Assembly: GCA_976226885.1 (NCBI GenBank)
Contig: OZ320313.1
Coordinates: 115,630,001 to 115,694,000 of the forward strand
Reading direction: 5' to 3'
DNA from: Iphione sp. A-MEVVRFRX5
Taxonomy: Eukaryota
DNA: 64,000 nucleotides
In this document: positions 50,901-60,484 of the stretch, piece by piece
Position numbering within the stretch: the stretch's first letter is position 1
Layout: each line of letters opens with the position of its first letter
Program-made: the position numbers and the translations under genes
Notes under the pieces: generated by a model
Told to the model about the DNA's origin: nothing
Databases searched by the model: none
Seen by the model: only the letters and a program-made list of their open reading frames with translations

Positions 50901-53900
50901 CTTCCCCGCTGCCGCCGCCGACGCTTCCGCCGCCGGCGCCGTAAGAGTCGCGGATTTCGACGCCGTTGCAAGTGCGGACGACGACCTTGGGCGCGCGGTC
51001 GCGGTCGATGTGTGGGCGGCGCATGATGAGAAGGCGCGGCAGGATGTTGAGAAAGACCTTTCGCACCCAGGGCGACATAGTGTGGGTGGCGGGCGATCGG
51101 AAGTGGACGTTGAGAACAATAACGGTGACGATGATGGAGAGCGTGACGAGGATCATAGTGAAGAGTAAGTATTTGCCGATTAACGGCACGACGAGGGAAG
51201 TTGGCGGGATGATCTCGGCCAGCAGCAGGAAGAAGACGGTGAGCGAGAGCAGAATGGAGATACACAAAGTAATCTTCTCGCCGCTGTCCGACGGCAGGTA
51301 GAAAACAAGGACGGTGAGAAAACTGATCGCCACGCAGGGGATGATCAGATTCACCGTATGAAAGAGGGTCTTGCGCCTCATCGTAATATTGAAGGTTATA
51401 TCTGGATATGGTTCGCTGCAGCAGGTATAATATTTTTCGTTTTTGCGAGCGGGAACGCTAAGTAAGTCCCATTCAACGGACCGATAAAAGTCCTTCAGAT
51501 CAATGCCATTGGATATGATATCTAGATCACGTACGCCGGCCGCCTCTTGACCTATGTGTTTAAGGTCAACTTGGTAGCCATCGTAGGTCCAAGAGCCGAA
51601 CTTCAGAGTACATAATTGTTCGTCGAATGGGAAAAACTCAACGTTTATCGTGCAAGAACTCTTGTAGATTGCTGGCGGCTCCCAGTGCACCCGTCCGTCA
51701 GGGTAAAGTGTTGCTTTCGTCATCAGTGTTACCTCGTAGTTACCATCGGCACTGCAATTGTCATAGATGGACATCCAGGGTGTGCTCAGCTACTCAGGGA
51801 AATCATGCATAGACCTTCCCGGTCGACCAGGGACAGAGTAGGGAAGACAGGCGAGAATGGCAGTGGTCCTTGTTCAAGGAATTCCTTTTATGGAATATAC
51901 TTCTGAATGTAAATATGATGCTTTATGGTACCGATTACTAGATCCAGTAGCAAATCACCTCGTAGGCAATTCTACAAGGAGGGCAACTTAGAATAAAGGG
52001 TACGTTGGGCAGGTCCCAACGGTATATTTTATATAGTAAAACCAATTTAGAGAACATGGTGACAGTTAAGAGCACAATATGTCTGGTCCTATTTGCAGTC
52101 TTAATTCTGAGTTACTACTGTACATCACGGGTCATACATGGAGACGACATTGCAGTCTAGTATGAGAGAAAGTGGAATTTCATAAGTGCGGCCTCATATT
52201 GTTTGTATGGGGAGTGGGTGTAAAGCTTTACTGGCTATGCAGAGATACCGCGGTGGTACTACAAATTTCGGTTAGACATTTGGATCTCGTGGTGTTCATG
52301 TGGACCTAGAAATCGGTTACCCTTGGGATATTCAAGACAAGAAAAGGATAGAACGCTTCGGTCAGGAAACGTATCATTTTTTATGCACCAATTTCCTAAT
52401 TTCCCAAGGCAATTGTTAGCAATGACATCAGTTTGGACGACCAGGCTGCCATTCTTGCTGCCCACAGTTTCCAAGGAACAGAACAAATAATTCAGTGCGA
52501 CAAGCAGCAAGCAAACCAACATCACTTGATATTCAAATGCAGTTGTCATACAGATTAAAGCACAATCAGGTGGCTACTCAGGTGAATCTAAGGCATGCAA
52601 AAGGTTTGAACAGATCATCGCATTTTTAACGTGCTAGACACATTTCAAAGTGTCTGCTTAGTACAAGCCCCTTCCAGTCATAATTGAATTTCGATTATTA
52701 TCCTAATATATCATATGATAATGCGTCAAATAACCAACTTGAATACTGAAATAATATTCATACCAATGAATACGCGAGCACAAGAAATAAAATGAGGGTC
52801 TTACATTTATATGTGATTCATTTTGGATTATTGACAGTCTGCTGTCAGGTTTTTCTAATGATTTATGAATATCAATTCTCTTCCAATATGCGAGCTTCAA
52901 ACAACTTGCGCTATGGCCAGAAACACATAATTTTGATCGGAAAAACCAAGGCTAATTTCAGGGGTAATGGAAATCTGATCCATTTTAAATCAATTTAGGA
53001 GCCAATTTGTCAAGGCCATAATATTTCACTTCACAAATGGATTTTTCCCACCAATCTATCTTAACAGGGAGTGAAATGATCTTCGAAAATGCCTCTCCTT
53101 TCTTTCTCCGTAGGCTATGGGGAGGGGGGGGGGTAATTTCGCAGTAGTAGGAAATCACGAAGCAGCGCATGCAGATAAAAGGTGCGATCACGTAGACGGC
53201 CTGAGAACGTGCGGGTGGCGAAAGAGAAGAGGCTCCATGCGATAGTGAAGTGGAATTGTGTGCCCTGCACAGCGCCGATGAGGTGAACAGGCGAACTAAT
53301 GATGCCTCAAACGGCTACGTTACAGTATTCGCACCTCTTTCGGCCGGCAGAGGCTCACTAAGAATAATCATCACAGTTCACTGTCAGCGCAGCTGTGCAG
53401 GCACAGACAACCAGAAACGGTATAAATAAGAATACTGCGGCCCGAACTACAAGAAAAAACAACATAAGAGTAACAAGAACAAATAACATGTGCTGACATT
53501 CACACAGAAATACTGTATTCCTAAAACGTAAACGGGGCACACACAGTGAGATCTAAGTGAAAAAAATATGAAAAATAAAAAGACATGAATGCAAACAAAA
53601 CCGGAGAGAAGTGCGGTGCCTGGACTTCTACAGGGTGGTCTGGTCAGTATAGGAGAAAAGGAATAAACAGCGTGTGAGGGCCATAGAGCATGCAAGTGGT
53701 GAAAGGGCGCATAGATTCGTCGATGGGAAATGGATTGAGCTGCTCAGAAAATCCAGCGCAGGCATCATAGTCCGTGCCTCTCCCGCCATTTTCCAGCGGT
53801 CGAGGGATTACATTCATATAACTCCATTCTGCTCATGCCATTCACACAACACTCCAGGGGTTCGTGGTGGCCATCTGACCCCTACTGCCTGAGACAGACT

Positions 53901-54865
53901 TAGGGTGTCTCCCTGGCCAGAAAGAGTGATGAGGCTATCCAGTCGGGGTGATGTGGTGTTCCGCTCTGGTCTGAAAGAAATGGCTTCCTTGGGCTCCTGT
54001 CTTAAGTATAAAGAAACATGCTTAGCTTACGCGCGGCGCCACCGGGCTTGAAAATCTTCGCTCTGACTTTTGGACTGCAAAAGATAGAAAATCATTAATT
54101 GTTATTTTTTTCCAGAATTCCCAGCATGTCCTGTAACGACCCATCCGTCTTCAGCTAAAGCAACTAAAAACACAAGCATAACATCACATTGTTCAGGGAG
54201 CGATACATGGTGAGAATTATTCTCCAATGACCCTTCGCTTCGTCCACGATGGTGGCGATTGCATTCTGGCTCTTATTGTACTTACTTATTGAAGAGAACT
54301 ATCTCTGGCGTCCAAATAGATGCGGCGGGTACGTGGAGACTGCCTATACCTCCGTAATCTGATGGTCTCCACCTAAGACTCATATCCTGCCAGATCTTCA
54401 AACGGAAGATAGTCATTGTCTCTGGGTTAAAATTCATTTTATAATTGAGTTTAACTCGATATTATTCCTCGCACAGGGAGCCCAACCAGGTACGTAGAGT
54501 TAGTTCTTTGAGGATGTCACGAATCACAATGTTAATAGGTACTAACGAATAAGTAGAACGTTACAGCCGTGCACCCAAATTCTCACCGTTTTAAAGACAG
54601 GATTCTAAGTTTTAATCTTTAGTATAGAAGATGTGGTGTTATTACCGTGACACCGTCAAAGCCGTTGGAAAGTCTACGTTGGTTGAAATACTGTGTCTAT
54701 GCCATCGACAATCCGATGATGTTTTGCTCATTGCTAAACAAATGCGTTTACTTACTTATTGTAGAGTACAATATCTGGTAGCCATATTTCCTCAGACGGC
54801 ACGTACAGCCTATTTACTCCCCCGTACTGGTTAGGGTCCCATTTTAGTTTGTAGTCATCCCATTC
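47814..54865 (-). CDS. Nicotinic acetylcholine receptor alpha subunit, cation-type, 5'-partial: [54756-54865 OR 54286-54395] + 50683-51751 + 47814-47960
   Basis: Loop [11 protein letters not shown]; Cys-loop [15 protein letters not shown]; loop B FGSWTYDG; loop C vicinal cysteines [11 protein letters not shown] (alpha subunit); TM1-TM3 with [23 protein letters not shown] (GEK, cation-selective); MA/TM4 [20 protein letters not shown]. All junctions are GT-AG and in phase. Upstream exons were not found in 54866-64000. Confidence 0.96.
50683..51751 (-). CDS. nAChR large exon: loops E/B/F/C, Cys-loop, TM1-TM3, Gly-rich cytoplasmic loop
   Basis: 1069 nt; TTGCAG|T acceptor; AAT|GTAAGT donor; matches ORF 50656..51774 minus its intronic ends. 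Confidence 0.97.
54286..54395 (-). CDS. nAChR loop-A exon, copy B, putative mutually exclusive alternative ([37 protein letters not shown])
   Basis: 110 nt, open frame, 19/37 aa identical to copy A without gaps; AA|GTAAGT donor; AAG acceptor (in-frame CAG 9 nt downstream). Confidence 0.85.
54756..54865 (-). CDS. nAChR loop-A exon, copy A ([37 protein letters not shown])
   Basis: 110 nt; TTTCTTGCTGGCAG acceptor; AA|GTAAGT donor; phase 0 to 2, joining T-GCC-GAT-GGT of the next exon. Confidence 0.95.
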
Positions 54866-55029
54866 CTGCCAGCAAGAAACAACAATTTTTTCTAGACATA
54901 TTTAAGAAAAATAATTATAACACATGTGTGTATCTGTAGGAATTCATTAGTGAACAGTGAAACAACAGGACACGGCCAACAATAAGAAACACCATTCATT
55001 TTCTAAACCCAAACAATATTTTTAATATA

Positions 55030-57460
55030 CAGTCAGACTGCAGTAACCGGAGCATTGATGTTAGTTTGAAAATACTCTGGATACCAGATATTCCGTATGC
55101 TGAAATCACTACACATGCATCTCCTGGCAGGGAAAACTTGTGTAATAGTACAGTATTGGTGAACTATTATATTGAACATATATCTATTCTAATCACTACA
55201 GGAGCAAAACCTGGTGGGGAAAACGTGCATAAAAGTCAAGTATGGTAGAAATGTCATATTTTAAATTATGTTTTTCCTAATGAACAAAATGGACATAAAT
55301 CAGTTCTGAACAGTCCAGAAATCATTTTATTAAGCTCAAAGCATATCTTACAGGTATAACATTGTTGGAAAGAGTGAAATATTAAATTACTTGGAATTGA
55401 AAAAGTCTTTGAGCAAAGTCTGTCTACAACTCCTCTGTGAGGTCTGGGCCTTATGTAGGATTCCATGAAGGAAGGGGACTCTTTCCATATCCTTGTTGTC
55501 CTCACAGTACCTCACCAGGAAATTCACTGATCTGGTATCTCTTTCATGGTTATAGGAGGTGGTGGCATCTCCTGTCTCTTGCTCCTCCTCTGTGTCCCCA
55601 CACACCTCAGGGCCTCTCACTAGTGCCAGTAGAGCATCATTGGTGAGTTCCCCTGAGGTCTCTGCAGTGGAGTCCACTTCTGTGAACTCCTGGGCAGACA
55701 TCATTCCTTGTGACTCCTCAGGTGGCAGTGACTAGAGGAGCATCAGGAGTTCAGACAAGGACATGTCCTCCTCATCCTACACATCTTCCACATGTCTGGG
55801 CTTCCCAGAGAGAATGTCAGTGTGCCTCCAGCAGTTCTTGATGGTGGTTGGAGTGACAGCCTCCCAGGCCTCATGCACCATGAGAATTTCCTTTCTCATG
55901 TCAGCTGTCATGGGGTTGCCTTGCTCCACACACCTCAAGAAGTGCCTGACCAGCCTTCCCCCATACTGGGCCTTGAAAGAGGCAATGATCCCAGCATCTA
56001 GAGGCTGGATTTGGGAAGTGGTGTTGCGGGGCAGGTGCTTGATGGTGATTTTGGGGAAGGTCTTGGATGTTCTGTGACTTCCAGTATTATCACAGAGTAC
56101 CAGGTGGTGGTGCCCCTTGGATCTGGCCCTGGTGTCAGGCAACTGGAGGAAATCTTCCCAGAGGATGGATGTCATCCAGGCCTTGGTGTTATCCCTGTAA
56201 TGCACATACATCCCTGGATCAAATGTCTTTCCAATATATCTGGGCCTTGCAGCCTTTCCTATGAGGAAAGGCCTCAATTTGTCACTTCCAGTGGCAGTAC
56301 AGCAGAGGGCCACTGTAACTCTGTCTTTGCTCTTCTTCTCTCCCTTCACAGGCCCAGTAGGGAGGGTTAATGTTGGTTTCAGCCTATAAAATAACCCAGT
56401 TTCGGCCACATTGTAGACATCCTCTGGATCAAAGCCCTCAAGCTCTTGGTGCAGCTTCAAGTGCCTGCCGCATACGGTGGACTGGTTGACACTGCCAGAC
56501 TCCCTGTGTTGTCTGTACAATTTTATTCTATGGCATTTCTTGAAGCAGCTTATCCACCCTTTGCTATATGAGAAGTCTTGGATCTGTAGTTCGTCTCTGA
56601 GCTGTCTGGTTTTCTCAATGAGCATATCATGACTGATATTTGTACCTCTGCCTCTGAAATTCTGAAACCATATCAGCAATGCCTGTTTGAGCTTATTCTG
56701 CTTGAACAGGTAGGGGGACCATGTACAAGAGAACTTGGTATCCTCAGACCCCATGGATAACCAGTGCGCTGAATGCTTAGGATGTCCAATGTGGTTGACC
56801 TGGAGAGAGCAAATCTCCACTTGGTCTAAAACATCTGAGAACATGTCAGATGTGCTTTCTTTTATTCACAGAGTTCCTTCTTTTGGACATTGGATATGCA
56901 TATTCTTCATCTTTTGGAGTCAGCTGAGATATCGTGGTTGCTCCAGGGTGAATGGTAAAGAATGCCTGGAGGGTCCAGCTTATATCATCCTCCTAGGGCT
57001 GTAGTGATTTCAAGGCTTGACAAGACAAGACAATGACTGGGGAAAGACTTTCACAGTGTGCAACTGCTATCTGGCCCTCATAAACTTAATCTTTGGTTAG
57101 GGGAGGATGGCAGGAGTTACTCTGACCATGGATATTCATTTCATTATGAAATACAGCCCTACCCGCCACCTCCACTGTGGGCAGCCTGTGTTATTTGAGC
57201 AACTTGGCCATCGCACCAGTTGCACTAATGCCAGGCTTATCACAGAGGTGCCCCCACCATCAAACTAATATCTGTATCCAGTTAACTGTGATTACTTTGT
57301 ATATAAATCAATTTAAAATGGCTTGAAATATGCTCCGGTTGTGGATACGGGGGTCCAGATATGTAGTACAACTTATAATGAAAATAGTCTAGTCCCTGCA
57401 TTTCATTATGGTTAAAGTGACATTATGGTTACAGGGTCTCCAGTTACCATGGTCTGACTG
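55030..57460 (-). mobile_element. pogo/Tigger-family (Tc1/mariner superfamily) DNA transposon, full length (2431 bp) but defective
   Basis: TA on both flanks (55028-29, 57461-62); imperfect TIRs CAGTCAGACTGCAGTAACCGGAG vs CAGTCAGACCATGGTAACTGGAG (18/23 identical); internal transposase pseudogene. Confidence 0.9.
55387..56935 (-). pseudogene. pogo/Tigger transposase pseudogene (CENP-B-type HTH, DDE_1-type catalytic domain, C-terminal PIP-box-like motif)
   Basis: N-terminal HTH remnant QKKELCE*KKAH...LSRSTTLDIL with stops and a frameshift; ALLIWF and FSYSKGWISCFKKCHRI; YNVAETGLFY (first catalytic D is A), LCDNTGSH and QPLDAGII (DD30D); two in-frame TAG stops near 55777 and 55732; ends RQTLLKDFFNSK. 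Confidence 0.9.
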
Positions 57461-60376
57461 TACATGTGTGTTAGTGCAAAATCATGCTTGTGATATCATG
57501 TTATAATCACTCATGTAGAAATATCAAATTTATAAACAGTCTTCAATGAAACAATGCAGTAAAACATGGAGATTACTCCTAGATAATTCGTGCACACAGT
57601 CAGTTCTAGAACAAATATCATTTTCTGTTGATAAGTATGGAAGATATTATGGACTATATGGATAACATAGAAAATATTAGGTAAAATCAATCATTTCTGT
57701 TGATAAGTATTGTTGAAAGATTAGGTAGAATCCATCAGGAATTTTATCGTAGTAATAGGTGGTAATTACGGTACAAACCTATTTCACACTATATACATAC
57801 TATATACTATGTAGTACTAAAGTGTCACTATGGTATCTAATAACGTAAAACAAAAATCAGACTAGATAAAATGCCTATGAGGACAATTTTAAGCAGTGAT
57901 ACATTTAAGCAAGAATATATTGATGAACCCGGATATACATACCTTATCAATACACAGAGGTGGCAAACAATATCAAATCGTCATGAGCTTGCCTGATGTA
58001 CCTCTCATGATATGTTCTCGCTCGGCTGTTTCTTACACTTATTTTTTACAAAACTAAATGATGAACGGATCGCCTTTTTATGTCGGAGTAGGTGAAATGA
58101 TGTTAGAACAATCAGTGCATCGGGTGGGGAGGCTACGACACCCATGTCAAACTATGACTTGTGTTTACATTCTGGTGGTCGGTGAGGATCAAAATCAAAA
58201 TTACTAACAGCTATAACTTCTTTGATAATAGTCAGATGGTAAAGTGTTCCCATGGACTCATGGTAAAAATGACTCTTTTTTTACATAGGTCCTGACCGAA
58301 GTGCAAACAACGTAATCTTGCATCGTAATGAGGTACCAGGTATGTCAATGATCGCTCCATTAAGCCCAGCTCTTCTACCCAACATGAACGTAATCCATGA
58401 ATCGATGGCTCTTTCAATCATATATCTCAAAGTAGGGAGTGAGATGAAAAAATTCTCACGTACTACCTTCGGGTTATTTTCCTCATGAACAGTTCTCAAA
58501 ACCATTTTTTCGACTTAGCTATTATATGCACATATACCGTACGTACTCTATTCTTGCCTAGCATATTCCAACTGAATACATAGGAATCACAATATTATAT
58601 CATAGAGTCTGGGTATTATACCAACGCCCCCCAGAAGTACCAGTCACATATTCAACGGAAAGGGAAAACACATTTCTACCGCGTGTATTGGAGAGTGTAG
58701 CCGTCCTTATAATACTAATATTCCATGACATTTCGAGTTGGCTCCATGGCAGCGGCTTTGATCGCTTTCTTTAATACCGATCGTTGTGCCTACCCACCAA
58801 CATTTTCATAACCTCTTCCAGGACTGGCGTGTCTCTCCTTAACCGGCCATACTTGACAGTGTATGATGACCTAGAGTGACTGTTCGCTAACAGTGTAAAC
58901 AGCCCCGGGTGAAGGGCAGCTAGTATGCAGCTTATCTGGCCGTTTGACTGGCAAGGCCTAGGTGGAGAGAAGCCCAGTAGCTTCCCTTCGGCCTGCGGAC
59001 TAAACTTGGGTCAAGCTGACCACGCGCTTTAGCATTGCGTGACGGAGGGCGATAAGATCGAGCGTAATTGAGGCCGATCCCAATGTCTTGATCTGCTCAT
59101 ACGAAATATGAAGCCATAAAATGGCCTACAGAGCAACTCTAAGGCATCCGCTCAAGTCGATGTAGTAACGATATGTCTGTCAGGTCGTAGGGATATTTAT
59201 TTAGCAAGAGTCCGCGGCTTTCGGTAAAACATAAGAATTACATGACAGACAGATATTGAATAGTATTTGACATAAAATATAGCAACCAGATCTTGGAGAA
59301 CATTTACTAACCAAGATATTTCATCAAAACACAGGCTTTCTTTCCCAGTCTCAGATTCGTCATCGAAACTTAGCCACTTCGTTGCAGACAGAAAACTATT
59401 AAAAAAAAACCTTGTTGTACCAAAAATGACGCAAGTATACGGCCGTGCTGTTTTAGTGTCGTTGAGCAATGTAGTCACTCCGTCAACCTTGGGAAACAAG
59501 AAGACGGATACTGAAGAATTGTATAATTTCAGGGAATGTAGATGTCCCGTTAATTACTCCTCTGATCCCAATTTATTCATTTCGTCCATGCACCATGTGT
59601 CGTTCGGATATGTCACATATAACCTCTAACAGCCAGGCGACTGCAGCTGCTGATATAGGAGATAATTGCATTTCTCTGGAGTCATTATCACATCATCACT
59701 CAACGTAAATATTGCATTGCCAGAACGGCTCATTATGCCTGTCTCAGAGGCTAATGGATTGGTAATGTAACTTCGAAATGGTACGGCTTTTAGGGAGAAT
59801 ATTCCGGGAGAGAAAGAACATTGACAACGATATTGAAATGTGATTACTTACGGAGAAAGGTTTTCTCTGGTGTACATGCACCTTTTTCAGACATTGAGAG
59901 GAACGGGGTCAGAATAAGACGGACATAAGATACTCGGGATCAAATGTTAGACTAAAAGCTCCCGCGAAAAAATATGCGATAGAGTTACTGTTCCATCATT
60001 AATCCCATGTTTCGAGCATCACGTTCCCTCTATGCTGACTCGCCCAAGTGTCAAATCCGTTTGGTAATTTCCGTTGGCCCCCCTCCCTATTTCGTGGACA
60101 TGTGTCAGATTCAGAAAGGCCTCTGTCAAGGCAGAATAGTGCTCTGGCCTGTTCCCTGCTTTAAGGCCGAGTTGCAATAGACTGTACCTGTCGATTTGTC
60201 GGGCCGTATAGTAAGGAATCTAGAAGTGAAATGGCGGATGCTGTACAATATACAGCCGATACTCTATATAAGGTACATCGTCAAGACCACAATCTTTTTT
60301 CAGGAATACATAATAGGGAACCAATCATGGAATATTTTCGGTCGGTAAGACAATTCCCTCCGCCTACCCATGTCAC

Positions 60377-60394
60377 CCTCCTCCTCCTCCTGCT

Positions 60395-60448
<54 letters not shown>

Positions 60449-60484
60449 ACTCTCTCTCTCTCTCTCTTTCTCACTCTCTCTCTC
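60377..60484. repeat. (CTC)n followed by (CT)n microsatellite
   Basis: Directly visible; creates the spurious LSLSLS ORF 60231..60728. Confidence 0.95.

Noticed and set aside
51752-51774. Apparent start MSIYDNCS of the 372-aa nAChR ORF, and its VSLVRRSE end
   Set aside because: Both ends are intronic: the acceptor is at 51752/51751 and the donor at 50683/50682.
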